Shown: piece after piece, positions 19,299-30,755 of the stretch
Layout of the letters: each line of letters opens with the position of its first letter
How positions within the stretch are numbered: position 1 is the first letter of the stretch
Source: Longimicrobiales bacterium
GTDB taxonomy: Bacteria; Gemmatimonadota; Gemmatimonadetes; Longimicrobiales; Gaopeijiaceae
Assembly (NCBI GenBank): GCA_963422615.1
Contig: OY730414.1
Span: forward strand, 1,968,302 to 2,032,301
DNA length: 64,000 bases
Reading direction: 5' to 3'
Notes under the pieces: generated by a model
What the model was told of the DNA's origin: nothing
Seen by the model: only the letters and a program-made list of their open reading frames with translations
Database searches by the model: none
Position numbers and translations under genes: made by a program

Positions 19299-20795
19299 AT
19301 GAAACCACGGTACTCCCATGTCTTCGGCAGCAGCGCCTTGATTCTCCGATATCTCTCGATCTTCGTTCTTCTGCTCCTTCTTCCCGTCCCCGGAGCCGGG
19401 CAACAGGGGCCCCAAGAGGCGTCCTACGACTACTGGCGCTTCAACCGCGAGGTCATCCGCCGCGGGATGCAGGCCGTGTTCCTGTGCAACGGTCTGTTCA
19501 CTTCCAACCGGACCCTGGAACAGGTCTTCGCCCAAGAGATGGCCTACATCTCCCAGCCGGTCGGCACGGCAGCGGGGGGCGACTATGAAGTCGACCGGGC
19601 TCGCAAGGCCGTGGCGATCGGAACCCCCGGGGCCGTTCCCGTCATGCGGGCCGCCTTTCGGGAAGGGCTGGGGTGCGTCGTCCTGGCCCCCGACCAGACC
19701 TTCGAAGACATCGAGAGCCTACCGGTGTTGAACATGGCGCCCCTGCCCCTCCCTGGGGACGCGGCTCGGATTCCGTGGCCCGACGGCGACCTGGTGGAAG
19801 ACCTTCCCCTTCCCAGGGGCGTGGACGCCGCCGCTCTTCAGGCAGCATCGACCTGGGCTTTCGAACGGGCGTCGCCGGAACAGGTCACCCTGAGCCTCCT
19901 GGTCGTGCAGGGCGGGAAGATCATCCACGAGCGATACGCTCCCGGCGTGAATGTCTCAACCCGCACCCGGACCTGGTCCACGGCAAAGAGCATCGCTGTG
20001 ACGCTCATCGGCATCCTGGCCGACCAGGGTCGGTTGGACCTGGATGCCCCCCTTGGCATTGATTGGCTGCCCGGGCCCGCCTCCCCCGAAACCGATCCTC
20101 GGTCGGATATCACGCTTCGACATGTCCTCAACATGTCCAGCGGCCTGTTCCCGGTGGACAACCAGGGGCTAGAATACGCGACCGGTTCGGGCCTGGCCTA
20201 CTGGGCCGGGGCAAGCTCTGTGGCGGGTGCCCGCCGCAGAGCTCTGGTTCGCAAGCCAGGCACGACTTGGGACTACGAGAACTACGATACCCTGCTGGGC
20301 ATCTACGCGATGAAGCTGGCCCTGGGCGGCGATTACCTGTTTTTCCCCCGCCGGGCGCTTCTGGACCGCATCGGGATGAGGAACACCCTGTTGAGCGTGG
20401 ACCGTTTCGGTGACTTCATCCTGAGCAGCCAGGTCTACACCAACGCTCGAGACCTCGCCCGGTTCGGACTCCTCTACTTGAACGGAGGCATGTGGAACGG
20501 AGAACGGCTCCTTTCACAGGAGTGGATCGACTTCGTGCGCACCCCCGCTCCGTCGACCGCCGACAGGGGGAGATTCTACGGCGGTCAGTGGTGGCTGGTC
20601 CCCGACGACCGTACCGACGTCCCCGCTGAAGCCTACGCCACCGCTGGAAACCGGGGACAGTTCGTCGTGGTCGTTCCGACTCACGACTTGGTGATCGTCC
20701 GCCGGGGACTGGATTACGGCCGCCAGGGGTTCAACCGGTGGGACCTCACCCGGGAGGTCCTCAAGGCGATCCGGCCGGAAACCATTGAGGGGTGA
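19299..20795 (+). CDS. Exported serine hydrolase, beta-lactamase/AmpC-like family (NylB-like)
   Basis: Signal peptide, WSTAKS (SxxK), YEN, ARDLARFG and GNRGQ. Confidence 0.85.
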   Translation: MKPRYSHVFGSSALILRYLSIFVLLLLLPVPGAGQQGPQEASYDYWRFNREVIRRGMQAVFLCNGLFTSNRTLEQVFAQEMAYISQPVGTAAGGDYEVDRARKAVAIGTPGAVPVMRAAFREGLGCVVLAPDQTFEDIESLPVLNMAPLPLPGDAARIPWPDGDLVEDLPLPRGVDAAALQAASTWAFERASPEQVTLSLLVVQGGKIIHERYAPGVNVSTRTRTWSTAKSIAVTLIGILADQGRLDLDAPLGIDWLPGPASPETDPRSDITLRHVLNMSSGLFPVDNQGLEYATGSGLAYWAGASSVAGARRRALVRKPGTTWDYENYDTLLGIYAMKLALGGDYLFFPRRALLDRIGMRNTLLSVDRFGDFILSSQVYTNARDLARFGLLYLNGGMWNGERLLSQEWIDFVRTPAPSTADRGRFYGGQWWLVPDDRTDVPAEAYATAGNRGQFVVVVPTHDLVIVRRGLDYGRQGFNRWDLTREVLKAIRPETIEG

Positions 20796-21000
20796 GGCGC
20801 GGGCGCTCCAGGGCCTCCAGGGCGAAAAAACCGCGTCGCGGCCCAGGAGAGCCCCCGTCGCCGATCCCGCTCCCAGGGGCAGTCGGCCCGTGCCGGAACG
20901 CCAGCAGGGAAGCGGTTCCGGGGACCCGTAATGAGGACCCGATTGGGTTGCCCTTAAGTTGCCCGAAGCAACAGGCCGCTTGCGCGGTGAAATCGCAATA

Positions 21001-21084
21001 TGCCGAGGGAGGGACTCGAACCCTCACGCCCGCAAGGGCAAAGGTTTTTGAGACCTTCGCGTCTACCGGTTTCGCCACCTCGGC
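21001..21084 (-). tRNA. tRNA-Leu(CAA), no encoded CCA
   Basis: GCCGAGG/CCTCGGC acceptor stem, anticodon loop CTCAAAA, long variable arm, GTTCGAG T-loop. Confidence 0.95.
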
Positions 21085-21284
21085 CAGAGTGTAAGCGCCA
21101 GATATTCTACCTTTATTGAACTGAATCGTGAAGGCAATGCCTGGATCCTTGCGTCCGACCGTTCAGGTTCCTGCGTTCGCGGTCTCCCGGAAGCCGGCGG
21201 CCCCGGACTCCGCGGGGTCCGCCGCTGCCTCTACCTCTAGCTTCCTCTCGCTGTAATCCTGCCCTCGCCCGGAGCCGATTCCCC

Positions 21285-24032
21285 ATGTCCAAACGCCTGT
21301 CCGACCCCTTCGGTGCCCTCACTGCAGTTGACCTCTCGGAAGGACCGACTTCGTTCTACCGCCTGGGCCGCCTCGAGGAGGAGGGCTTGGTCGCCTCTCT
21401 GGACCGCCTGCCTTTCTCCATCCGCGTTCTCCTGGAGAACGTGCTTCGGAACGCGGGAGACGGATACGTTTCCCGCGAACACGTGGAAACCGTGGCGTCC
21501 TGGAACCCGGTCAACTCGGGCTCAAACGTCCCCTTTATGCCCGCGAGGGTGGTCCTCCAGGACTTCACAGGTGTGCCCGCCGTCGTGGACCTCGCCTCCA
21601 TGAGAGACGGGATCCAGGAGATGGGGGAGGAACCCGGGAGGATCAACCCCCTCGTCCCGGCGGACCTGGTCATTGACCACTCCGTGCAAGTGGACTACTT
21701 CGGGACCGGATTCGCCTTCGAGAAGAATGTGGCCCGGGAGTATGAACGCAATCGGGAGCGATACGCCCTCCTGCGCTGGGCCCAGGGGGCCTTTGAAAAC
21801 TACCGGGTGGTTCCCCCGGGGACAGGGATCGTCCATCAAGTGAACCTCGAGTACCTGGCAGCGGTGATCCAGCGTCGCGAACAGGCCGGATCCTCTCTCG
21901 CCTATCCCGATACCCTGGTCGGCACCGACTCTCATACCACGATGATCAACGGGCTGGGCGTGTTGGGCTGGGGGGTCGGCGGGATCGAAGCCGAAGCCGT
22001 CCTGCTGGGACAGCCGTATTACATGCTCCTGCCCGAGGTGGTGGGCGTGAAGTTCAAGGGCACCTTGGCGGAAGGCGCAACCGCCACCGATCTCGTTCTC
22101 CGGGTGACGGAGATGCTGCGAGACCACGGGGTCGTGGGACGGTTTGTGGAGTACTACGGACAGGGGTTGTCCGGCTTGAGTCTTCCCGACAAGGCCACCC
22201 TCGCGAACATGTCGCCGGAGTACGGCGCCACGGTAGGATTCTTCCCCGTGGATGCAGAGACGCTTCGCTACCTGGCAGGCACGGGGAGGAGCTCGGCATT
22301 GGTGGAGCGGGTGGAACGGATCACCAAGGCCCAGGGCCTGTTCCGCACCGACGACACCCCCGACCCGGCATACTCGTCCACCTTGGAGCTGGATCTTTCC
22401 ACGATTGAGCCAAGCCTGGCCGGACCCAAACGCCCCCAAGACAGAATCGCCCTTCGGAACATCGGCCGCGCCTTTCCGCGCAGCCTTCCAAGCCTCCGTC
22501 CCTCGCGTCTCGGCATTCCCGCCGGCGGCGCCCGGAACGGAGAGCACCCGCCGGCGCGGCGGGAAACGGTCGAAATCGAGATGGACGGTCAGAAGATGGA
22601 GATCGGGGACGGCACGATCGTGGTCGCGGCCATCACCAGCTGCACCAACACTTCGAACCCTTCCGTCATGGTCGGTGCAGGTCTCATGGCAAAGAAGGCC
22701 CGGGCTCTGGGGCTGGAAGTGAAGCCCTGGGTGAAAACGAGCATGGCCCCGGGGTCTCAGGTGGTAACCGACTACCTGGAGGCGGCAGGCCTGATGAAGT
22801 ACCTGGACGAACTGAAGTTCAACTTGGTGGGATACGGGTGCACAACCTGCATCGGCAACAGCGGTCCCCTGCCCGGCCCGGTCGCCGATGCCACCTCGAA
22901 GAACGGTCTCGTCGTGGCTTCCATTCTGTCCGGAAACCGGAATTTCGAAGCCCGGATCCACAGCCTTGTCCGGGCGAACTACCTGGCTTCCCCCATGCTG
23001 GTCGTGGCCTTTGCCCTGGCGGGCCGAATCGACACGGACCTGTACAAGGAGCCCCTGGGACGGGACCAGAGAGGCCGCCCGGTTTTTCTGGCCGACATCT
23101 GGCCGTCTGCGGAGGAGATTCGGGATACCGTGACGGCTTCCCTGAAGCCCGAGATGTACCGCAAACGCTACGCTCGTGTCTTCGACGGAGACGAACACTG
23201 GCGGGCCCTCCCCCTCCCGGAAGGCGGGAGGAACTACGACTGGGACCCCGAATCCACCTACATCCGGAACCCCCCGTTCTTTCGCGAGATGCGCCCGGAA
23301 GCGCCGCCTCCGGAAAATGTGGCTGGCGCCCGGGTTCTGGCCCTCCTCGGCCACACCGTCACGACCGACCACATCTCGCCCGCCGGTGCGATTCCCAAGG
23401 ACGAGCCCGCCGGGCTGTACCTGCGGGAGAGGGGTGTCGACCCGATACGCTTCAACACCTTCGGATCCCGGCGGGGCAACCACGAGGTCATGATGCGGGG
23501 AACCTTCGCCAATGTGCGCATGAGGAACCTACTGCTGGACGGGAAGGAGGGGGGATACACCCTCCACCTGCCCAGCGGAGAGGTCATGCCCATCTTTGAT
23601 GCCGCCATGCGGTACCGGGCCGCCGGGACCCCCCTCATTGTGATCGCGGGCCGAGAATATGGGACAGGGAGCTCCCGGGACTGGGCAGCCAAGGGAACGC
23701 TCTTGCTGGGCGTGAGGGCTGTAATTGCGGAAAGTTACGAACGAATTCACCGTTCGAATCTAGTGGGGATGGGGGTCCTTCCCCTTCGTTTCAGGGCCGG
23801 AGAAAGCGCCCGGAGTCTGGAACTGACCGGGCTGGAGACCTTCGACATCCGGGGAATCGCCAACGGACTGGAAGCGGGCGGCACGGTGGAGGTGACCGCC
23901 ACCCGGGATGACGGTTCGCGCCAGGTCTTTCCTGCCGAAGTGAGGCTTGAATCGGAGGTGGAGGTGCGGTACTACCGGAACGGAGGGATCCTCCACACGG
24001 TTCTGCGAAAGCTGGCTGCGGGGGCAATGTAA
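21285..24032 (+). CDS. acnA: Aconitate hydratase A
   Basis: QDFTGVP, DHSVQVD, DSHT, ITSCTNTSNP, GCTTCIGNSG and GSSRDWAAKG. Confidence 0.97.
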   Translation: MSKRLSDPFGALTAVDLSEGPTSFYRLGRLEEEGLVASLDRLPFSIRVLLENVLRNAGDGYVSREHVETVASWNPVNSGSNVPFMPARVVLQDFTGVPAVVDLASMRDGIQEMGEEPGRINPLVPADLVIDHSVQVDYFGTGFAFEKNVAREYERNRERYALLRWAQGAFENYRVVPPGTGIVHQVNLEYLAAVIQRREQAGSSLAYPDTLVGTDSHTTMINGLGVLGWGVGGIEAEAVLLGQPYYMLLPEVVGVKFKGTLAEGATATDLVLRVTEMLRDHGVVGRFVEYYGQGLSGLSLPDKATLANMSPEYGATVGFFPVDAETLRYLAGTGRSSALVERVERITKAQGLFRTDDTPDPAYSSTLELDLSTIEPSLAGPKRPQDRIALRNIGRAFPRSLPSLRPSRLGIPAGGARNGEHPPARRETVEIEMDGQKMEIGDGTIVVAAITSCTNTSNPSVMVGAGLMAKKARALGLEVKPWVKTSMAPGSQVVTDYLEAAGLMKYLDELKFNLVGYGCTTCIGNSGPLPGPVADATSKNGLVVASILSGNRNFEARIHSLVRANYLASPMLVVAFALAGRIDTDLYKEPLGRDQRGRPVFLADIWPSAEEIRDTVTASLKPEMYRKRYARVFDGDEHWRALPLPEGGRNYDWDPESTYIRNPPFFREMRPEAPPPENVAGARVLALLGHTVTTDHISPAGAIPKDEPAGLYLRERGVDPIRFNTFGSRRGNHEVMMRGTFANVRMRNLLLDGKEGGYTLHLPSGEVMPIFDAAMRYRAAGTPLIVIAGREYGTGSSRDWAAKGTLLLGVRAVIAESYERIHRSNLVGMGVLPLRFRAGESARSLELTGLETFDIRGIANGLEAGGTVEVTATRDDGSRQVFPAEVRLESEVEVRYYRNGGILHTVLRKLAAGAM

Positions 24033-24163
24033 GCCGCCTGGAGAGGGCTACCCGCAGGGCGGCGCCGCCGGGCGCGGTTCACGGAAGGCCGAGGCAAGGC
24101 GGTCCTCTCCTTCATGCCCCCAACGGGAGGGACGGAGAGCGGGCGGAGGCGCAGCGGCGAAAA

Positions 24164-24892
24164 TCACCCAGGATGGCCCGCCGTCTCGTGGGATCGGCGG
24201 GTCTGTTCCAGGCCGCCCTCTGCCCGCAACGCCAGGGGTGGCCCCAGTACTTCCCGGGCCACGATGGCCCGCCGCAAGGCGGTTATGCTCCCGAATCCGA
24301 GTTCCCCCGCTGTGGGCGGGGCACCGGTATGAGAACCGGCTTCCCCCACCGGTTCCCTCTGGGTCTCCGTCTTCCTCCGCCCCGCTGGGAAAGCGGAATG
24401 CACATCACGCCCCCTGGGCGGGCGGGGCGCTTCAGGATGCTCAGGAGGAAGAGGCCGGGGATCCCGGGATCGGATCGGCCCATCCCAACCTACAGACCTG
24501 GGCGCGGACGGCAGCTCCCCAGGTTCCTCCACCGACACCGAGGCGAACGGGTCCTCAGGTTCGGGTTGGGGCGCCCGGGGAGGGGGGGGGTGAGAACGCT
24601 CTCCCCCGATCAGGACCTCGAGCTCTCTGCGCATCGCCTCCGGTAATCCGTCGTAGGCCGAGGGCGTAGGCGCCCGGGAACGAGCCGTCGGCCCTTCCGA
24701 GGACGGGCCCGCCCCCGGAAGGGTCCTTCCCTCCGCCGGATCCGGCAACCCGTCCGGCTCGAGACCGCCGTACTCGTGTTGCGGATCGGCACCCGCCAGG
24801 TCGCCCCCGCTCTTTCTTGCCTTCGCTCTGCGAACACCGTCCAGAATCGACAGGAGAATAAGGACGAGTACGAAAAGGAGCTGGGGATCCAC
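24164..24892 (-). CDS. Pro-rich single-TM protein downstream of floA (YqfB-like position)
   Basis: N-terminal TM and C-terminal LRRAIVAREVLGPPLALR, as seen in third genes of nfeD-floA operons. Confidence 0.65.
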   Translation of the reverse strand: MDPQLLFVLVLILLSILDGVRRAKARKSGGDLAGADPQHEYGGLEPDGLPDPAEGRTLPGAGPSSEGPTARSRAPTPSAYDGLPEAMRRELEVLIGGERSHPPPPRAPQPEPEDPFASVSVEEPGELPSAPRSVGWDGPIRSRDPRPLPPEHPEAPRPPRGRDVHSAFPAGRRKTETQREPVGEAGSHTGAPPTAGELGFGSITALRRAIVAREVLGPPLALRAEGGLEQTRRSHETAGHPG

Positions 24893-24902
24893 GGGTCGGA
24901 CC

Positions 24903-25889
24903 TCAGGACTCGTTTTCGAGTGAAGTCGTGTCCGCCGTCGCGATCGCCTTCCGCATGTCGGTGTCCGACTCGATGTTCCGGTACTTGGCGTAGTCCATGA
25001 TGCCCAGGTTGCCGCTCCGGAAGGCATCGGCCATGGCAAGGGGAATCTTTGCTTCCGCCGCAACCACTTCGGCGCGCATCTCCCCCACCCTGGCCTTCAT
25101 TTCCTGTTCCCTGGCCAGGGCCATGGCCCGGCGCTCCTCGGCGCGAGCCTGGGCAACCCGCTTGTCGGCCTCCGCCTGGTCGGTCTGCAGCTCCGCCCCG
25201 ATATTCTTTCCGACATCCACATCGGCGATGTCGATGGACAGGATTTCGAAGGCGGTGCCGGAGTCCAGTCCCTTCTGGAGGACGGTCTTGGAAATCACAT
25301 CCGGATTTTCCAGGACGCTCTTGTGGGTGTCGGCCGAGCCGATCGTCGAGACGATGCCTTCGCCCACCCGAGCCAAGATGGTCTCTTCACCGGCGCCCCC
25401 CACGAGACGGTTGATGTTCGCCCGAACCGTGACCCGGGCCACCGCGATCAGCTGAATTCCGTCCTTTGCCATGGCCGCGACCCTGGGCGTCTGCACGACC
25501 TTGGGATTCACCGAAACCTGGACCGCTTCGAAGACATCCCGGCCGGCCAGGTCGATGGCCGCAGCCTGTTGAAACGGCAGGTCAATGGTGGCCTTGTCGG
25601 CACTGATCAGGGCCCGCACGACCCGATCCACATCCCCTCCGGCCAAGTAGTGGGCTTCCAGGTGGGCGACGTCCAGGGGCAGCCCGGCCTTGGTCGAAGC
25701 GATGAGCGGCCGCACGACCGCCGGTGGGCTGACCTTGCGGAGACGCATCCCCACCAAGCTCCCCAAGCCGAGGCTCACTCCGGAAAAGATCGCTTCGATC
25801 CACAGGCGGACCGGCACCGCCCAGCTCAGGACCAGGAGTACAACGGCGACCAATACCAGGATCGTGATCGTGGCGGTTCCGAATAACAT
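24903..25889 (-). CDS. floA: Flotillin-like protein FloA (YqfA)
   Basis: [27 protein letters not shown] and [15 protein letters not shown]. Confidence 0.93.
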   Translation of the reverse strand: MLFGTATITILVLVAVVLLVLSWAVPVRLWIEAIFSGVSLGLGSLVGMRLRKVSPPAVVRPLIASTKAGLPLDVAHLEAHYLAGGDVDRVVRALISADKATIDLPFQQAAAIDLAGRDVFEAVQVSVNPKVVQTPRVAAMAKDGIQLIAVARVTVRANINRLVGGAGEETILARVGEGIVSTIGSADTHKSVLENPDVISKTVLQKGLDSGTAFEILSIDIADVDVGKNIGAELQTDQAEADKRVAQARAEERRAMALAREQEMKARVGEMRAEVVAAEAKIPLAMADAFRSGNLGIMDYAKYRNIESDTDMRKAIATADTTSLENES

Positions 25890-25926
25890 TAGGGAGTCCC
25901 CTTTTTGCTCAGGTTGAACTGTCGAA

Positions 25927-27264
25927 TCAGGTTGGCTTGATGGCACGCACAATGTGCCGATATCCTTCTGCGCTCAAGATTTGGATCTTGGTACCTTCCT
26001 CAATCCACTCGCTTTCCGAAACCACGTCCATCCGCTCTTCCCCGAAGAGGCCCACGCCCGCCGGACGAAGCGCCGTAATGGCCACGCCCTCCGCTCCTTC
26101 CAAATCGGAACGCACGTCCGCCGAGGTGTAGCCCTCGTTCCGGTCTGTGGACGCCGGAAGGAGAACGCCGCTGCGCTTCAGCCGCCAGCTCCCGGGGATG
26201 GAACGAACGAGGACCCACGCCGTGACGACCACCAGGAGGAGGGTTGTGCTCAACACTCCTGCGGCTCGGCTGAAGTCACTCTGGGTGGGAAGGTCGCCGA
26301 TTTGGGCCATATAGATCCCCGCCAGGAAGACGAGCGTGCCCGCGATTCCGAAGATTCCGAAGCCCGGAATCAGCAGCACTTCAACTCCAACCAGCACGAT
26401 ACCCGCGCCAACGAGGATGATGTCTTCGGCTCCGGCGAGGCCCACCAGAAGGTGAGATCCGAAGAAGAGGGCCAGGGACAGAATCCCCGCCGCCCCGGCC
26501 CAACCGAATCCCGCCGTCTTGATCTCCACAATCAGACCGAGAAAGCCGATGGACAGAAGGAACGGCACAATGACCGGGTTGGTGAAGAAGCGAACAATCC
26601 GTTCCGCCCAGTTTACCTGCGCTTCGGCTATGACTGCGGATTCAACCCCCAAAAGGCCCAAGACACCATCCAAATCCGCGACCTCCCGGGCATACCCGAG
26701 GGCCACCGCCTCTTCGGTCGTGAGGGTGAGGAGCTTGCCCGCTTCGATGACTCCTTCAATGGCCAGATCCTCGTCCACCATCGCCTCGGCGACCGCCGGG
26801 TCCAGACCTCGGGCCTCGGCCAGGGCCCTCATGCGACCCCGCATGGCCGAGACGATCTTCTCCGACGCCTTGGTCCCCTGACCGTCCACCGGGGTGACGG
26901 CGCCCATGACGGCGCCCGTCCTCATGAGGATCTCATCTGCGGCCAGCGCGATCATGGCTCCCGCCGAGTAGGCGAACATGTTCACATAGGCATACACCCG
27001 CACTTGCGACCGGCTGATCGCTCCGGTAATCCGTTCGGCCGCGTCCACCCGTCCACCCGGCGTCTCGATGTCCAGAATCACGGCCCGGGCCCCGGACGCC
27101 GCGGCTTCGGCCAAGGCCCGTTCGATGAACGGCGCGAGTCCCATCTCGACGGTGCCATTCACAGGAACGCGAACCACCGTGTCCTGCCCCGCCAAGGGCG
27201 CGGCCACCGCAATGAGCCCGAAGGCAAGCGCAAGAGTTCGGCCCGGCGTAAATGAATGCGTCAT
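25927..27264 (-). CDS. nfeD: NfeD-family membrane-bound ClpP-class protease (YqeZ-like)
   Basis: [21 protein letters not shown] bundle and C-terminal OB fold (LRPAG). Confidence 0.9.
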   Translation of the reverse strand: MTHSFTPGRTLALAFGLIAVAAPLAGQDTVVRVPVNGTVEMGLAPFIERALAEAAASGARAVILDIETPGGRVDAAERITGAISRSQVRVYAYVNMFAYSAGAMIALAADEILMRTGAVMGAVTPVDGQGTKASEKIVSAMRGRMRALAEARGLDPAVAEAMVDEDLAIEGVIEAGKLLTLTTEEAVALGYAREVADLDGVLGLLGVESAVIAEAQVNWAERIVRFFTNPVIVPFLLSIGFLGLIVEIKTAGFGWAGAAGILSLALFFGSHLLVGLAGAEDIILVGAGIVLVGVEVLLIPGFGIFGIAGTLVFLAGIYMAQIGDLPTQSDFSRAAGVLSTTLLLVVVTAWVLVRSIPGSWRLKRSGVLLPASTDRNEGYTSADVRSDLEGAEGVAITALRPAGVGLFGEERMDVVSESEWIEEGTKIQILSAEGYRHIVRAIKPT

Positions 27265-27460
27265 GACACCCGCTTCCTGTAAAGCCAACTTGGCCATCGG
27301 CCGTTCCCGGCCCTCCGTCGGCTACCAATACGCTTCCGGAGCCAAAAACAATCTACGCACAAGCGGACTTCCCCGCCCGGGCGGTTGCGTTCTTTTGGGC
27401 GCCCCGTTCTTGGGGCAGCCAACACTTCCACAGTTGCCGGGCACATGCCCTCTACATGCC

Positions 27461-28168
27461 TCAGGGAAGAAACACGCCCAGAAGCCTACAAGCGTAGTAT
27501 GCCCGCTGGACCGCCCTGGCTAGATCGCCGGATTCGATCGCCTTTCTTGCTCCGAAGACGAGCCGCCACGACCGAAGGTGAAGTTGGGTACCGTTCCCGG
27601 ACTCAAAGGGCGCCAGGGCCTCTTCCGCAGCGTGGAGGAGGGACAGGGCGACGGTTCGCGGGAGGGTCTCCCGGAGGGCATCGGCCCCTCGCATGGCCAT
27701 TAGGGCGGACCCGGTCCAGTCCTGGAGGGAGTACGCCTTCTCCGCATCCGCCAACCTGTGCGCCGCTTCGCTTACGGGGAGCGCCAGGTGAAGCGGAAGG
27801 GGTCCGGGAACCGCCCGGGCTTCCGCCAATGCCGAGCGCACCAAGTCCAAGAGGGATCGAGCCACGGACCGAGATACGTCCGGCACCCGGGTTCGGACCT
27901 GATCGTAAAGCGCCTCCCGGATCCGCCTGCCCCGGGGAATCCCGTAGTCCCACGAGGCGGCCCACTGCGTCACGAGATCTTGCACTTCCGGTCGGGCCCC
28001 ACCAACGACTTCGTCCAGTCTTGGCAAGGGAACGACAAGGTCGAGAGCGGAACGGGTTTCGGGGAATACCAAGGGATCCGGCGCCGTGATGTTCGCCCGG
28101 CATGCCAGGAGGGACATCGCGGTAAGGACCAAACCCGCCCCGATCGATTTCGCGCCCGTCCTGTTCAC
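27461..28168 (-). CDS. Hypothetical helical lipoprotein
   Basis: LLAC lipobox. C-terminal RAVQRAYYACRLLGV. Confidence 0.6.
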   Translation of the reverse strand: MNRTGAKSIGAGLVLTAMSLLACRANITAPDPLVFPETRSALDLVVPLPRLDEVVGGARPEVQDLVTQWAASWDYGIPRGRRIREALYDQVRTRVPDVSRSVARSLLDLVRSALAEARAVPGPLPLHLALPVSEAAHRLADAEKAYSLQDWTGSALMAMRGADALRETLPRTVALSLLHAAEEALAPFESGNGTQLHLRSWRLVFGARKAIESGDLARAVQRAYYACRLLGVFLP

Positions 28169-28448
28169 AGCCCTCCCGTTGATCGTACCGGCTCCCCGTG
28201 TCGGCCCGGCCAGAACCCATTCAAGACCGCCTCATTGTCAAGGTGATGAAGACGGAAGATAACGCTTCGGGCCTCTTTCGCGGGGTGGCCCATAATTTGC
28301 GGAGTCGCCAATAAGCCCGCCCACAAGAGTCGCCCACACGTGGAGATCGAAGAAGCGAAGCTCACCGGAGGGAACCCCCGGGGACCCGTGTTATCTTTTC
28401 ACCGTCCCGCAAGCTCGGAACTTCATTCAAGGATCCCCAGGTGGCCCG

Positions 28449-29249
28449 ATGTCCGAAAACGTACTCGTCCGCTACACCACGGATGAGGGTGTCGCGCTGA
28501 TCACCCTCGACGACCCGCCCGCCAACACGTACACCCACGAGATGATGCGCCAGCTTGACGAGGCGATTCTGAAGGCCCGCTTCGACGATGGCGTTCACGT
28601 AATCGTCCTTACCGGGGAAGGAGAAAAGTTTTTCTCGGCGGGGGCAAACATCGGAATGCTCGCCCAGGTCACGGTCGGCTTCAAATACGGTTTCTGCCTT
28701 CACGCGAACGAAACCCTGAACCGTCTGGAGCACACGCCCAAGCTCGTGATCGCCGCCCTGAACGGCCATACCGTAGGGGGCGGCCTGGAGATCGCCATGG
28801 CCGCCGACCTGCGCATTGCTCGGGCCGGTCCGGGGAAGGTCGGCCTCCCCGAAGTCAACCTGGGGGTTTTACCCGGAACCGGGGGGACGCAGCGCCTCGC
28901 CCGCTTGGTGGGCAAGGCCCGCGCCATCGAACTCATGGCAACCGGGCAAACCTTCGACTTCGAGCGTGCGCTTGCCCTGGGCATCGTCACCCAGGTCTGG
29001 GAGACCCGCACCCACGGGGAATTCATGACCCGGATCGTGGAGTACGCACGTCGGTTCTGCCCTCCCGGCGCGGCGTCGAGGGCCGTGGGCGCCATCAAGC
29101 GTTCCGTTCAAACCGGGGCGGAAGTGGCTTTCGAGACGGCCCTGGCCTTGGAGCGGGAGCTGCAGCAGCAGCTCTTCGCCAGCGAAGACGCCGGGGAAGG
29201 GCTCAAGGCCTACGTCGAGCGGCGCAAGCCCGAATTCACGGGAAGCTGA
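28449..29249 (+). CDS. Enoyl-CoA hydratase/isomerase family protein
   Basis: FFSAGAN, GGGLE and GLPEVNLGVLPGTGGTQRL. Confidence 0.9.
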   Translation: MSENVLVRYTTDEGVALITLDDPPANTYTHEMMRQLDEAILKARFDDGVHVIVLTGEGEKFFSAGANIGMLAQVTVGFKYGFCLHANETLNRLEHTPKLVIAALNGHTVGGGLEIAMAADLRIARAGPGKVGLPEVNLGVLPGTGGTQRLARLVGKARAIELMATGQTFDFERALALGIVTQVWETRTHGEFMTRIVEYARRFCPPGAASRAVGAIKRSVQTGAEVAFETALALERELQQQLFASEDAGEGLKAYVERRKPEFTGS

Positions 29250-29251
29250 CG

Positions 29252-30709
29252 GTGGCCGATGCCCTCCGCACCCGGCTGTGGATCGGGAACGAATGGGCCG
29301 ACGCCCGGGGCGGGAACACCTTCCCCTCGGTGAACCCGGCCACGGGCCAGGTCATCGCCGAGGTGGCGGAGGCTCGGACGGAAGATGTGGGTCGAGCCGT
29401 AGAAGCGGCCCGGACGACCTTCGCCAATCATCGCTGGCGACGAATGAATCCCCACAAGCGTTCGCGTCTTCTTTGGAAGCTGGCCGACAAGGTTGACGAG
29501 AACGCCGACGCCCTGGGCCTTCTGGAAACGCGGGACAACGGCAAGCCCTATTTCGAAGCGCGGAACATCGACATCCCCGGTGCGATCCAGACCCTTCGCT
29601 ACTACGCCGGCCTGGCCGACAAGGTTCAGGGAGACACCCTGCCCGTACCCGGACCCTTCCTCAACTACACGTTGCGAGAACCCGTAGGCGTGGTCGGAGC
29701 CATCATTCCGTGGAACTTCCCCCTCTCCATGGCCGTGTGGAAAGCCGCCCCTGCCCTTGCTTGCGGGAACACGGTCGTGTTGAAGCCGGCGGAGGAGACA
29801 CCTCTGACCGCCCTTCGCTTTGGGGAGCTGGCGGCAGAAGCGGGATTTCCGCCCGGCGCTCTGAACGTCGTGCCGGGCTTCGGAGAGACCGCGGGGGCGG
29901 CTCTGGTTCGCCACCCTGGGGTGGATGCGATCTCCTTCACCGGCTCCACCGAGGTCGGGAAGATCGTCATGCGGGAGGCGGCCGGTACGCTCAAGAAGGT
30001 CTCCCTGGAGCTGGGCGGAAAGTCCCCCAACATCGTCTTCGCCGACGCCGACCTGGATCAGGCCGTGAAGGGCGCCTCCTCGGGGGTATTCTATGGGAAG
30101 GGCGAAGTCTGCGCTGCCGGGAGCCGCATCCTGGTTGAAGCGGGGATTCATGACCGTTTCGTCGAGCGCTTGGCGGAACGGGCCGCCCGGGCCACCGTGG
30201 GAGACCCCATGGACCCCACCACCCGCCTTGGCGCCATCGTGAGTGACGCCCAGCTTGACCGCATTCTGGGGTACATCGAAGCGGGGAAGCGGGACGGCGC
30301 CACCCTGGTGGTCGGCGGGGAGCGGATCACCCTGAACGACCGGGGGAACTTCGTCAACGCGACCGTCTTTTCGGAGGTTGATCCTGCCATGACCATCGCC
30401 CGGGAAGAGATTTTCGGACCGGTCGCAGCCGTCATTCGCTTCGAGGACACGAACGACGCCATCCAGAAGGCAAACGATTCCTGTTACGGGCTCGCGGCGG
30501 GGGTCTGGACGCGGGACGTAGGCAAAGCCCACCGCATGGCGGCGGAGATCGACGCGGGCACGGTCTGGATCAACACCTACAACCAATACGCGCCGGCATC
30601 TCCCTTCGGGGGGTACAAAGAGAGCGGGTTCGGGCGGGATCTCGGCTTTCAGTCGGCCCTAGAGAAGTACACCCAACTGAAGAGCGTCTGGGTGGCCCTG
30701 GACCGGTAG
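29252..30709 (+). CDS. Aldehyde dehydrogenase
   Basis: PWNFP, KPAE, FTGST, LELGGKSP, GEVCAA and EEIFGP. Confidence 0.93.
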   Translation: MADALRTRLWIGNEWADARGGNTFPSVNPATGQVIAEVAEARTEDVGRAVEAARTTFANHRWRRMNPHKRSRLLWKLADKVDENADALGLLETRDNGKPYFEARNIDIPGAIQTLRYYAGLADKVQGDTLPVPGPFLNYTLREPVGVVGAIIPWNFPLSMAVWKAAPALACGNTVVLKPAEETPLTALRFGELAAEAGFPPGALNVVPGFGETAGAALVRHPGVDAISFTGSTEVGKIVMREAAGTLKKVSLELGGKSPNIVFADADLDQAVKGASSGVFYGKGEVCAAGSRILVEAGIHDRFVERLAERAARATVGDPMDPTTRLGAIVSDAQLDRILGYIEAGKRDGATLVVGGERITLNDRGNFVNATVFSEVDPAMTIAREEIFGPVAAVIRFEDTNDAIQKANDSCYGLAAGVWTRDVGKAHRMAAEIDAGTVWINTYNQYAPASPFGGYKESGFGRDLGFQSALEKYTQLKSVWVALDR

Positions 30710-30755
30710 CGGTCCGCCACCCCGGCCAAGACCTCAAGGAGAAACGAGCGCGCTT

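Noticed and set aside
19299..20795. Antibiotic-resistance beta-lactamase
   Set aside because: SxxK and YxN are present, but the overall pattern fits NylB/esterase-like hydrolases. Resistance is not supported.
20761..21078. ORF overlapping tRNA-Leu, and likewise the 5' extension of ORF 51368-52309 over tRNA-Pro
   Set aside because: These are translations of tRNA sequence, not proteins.
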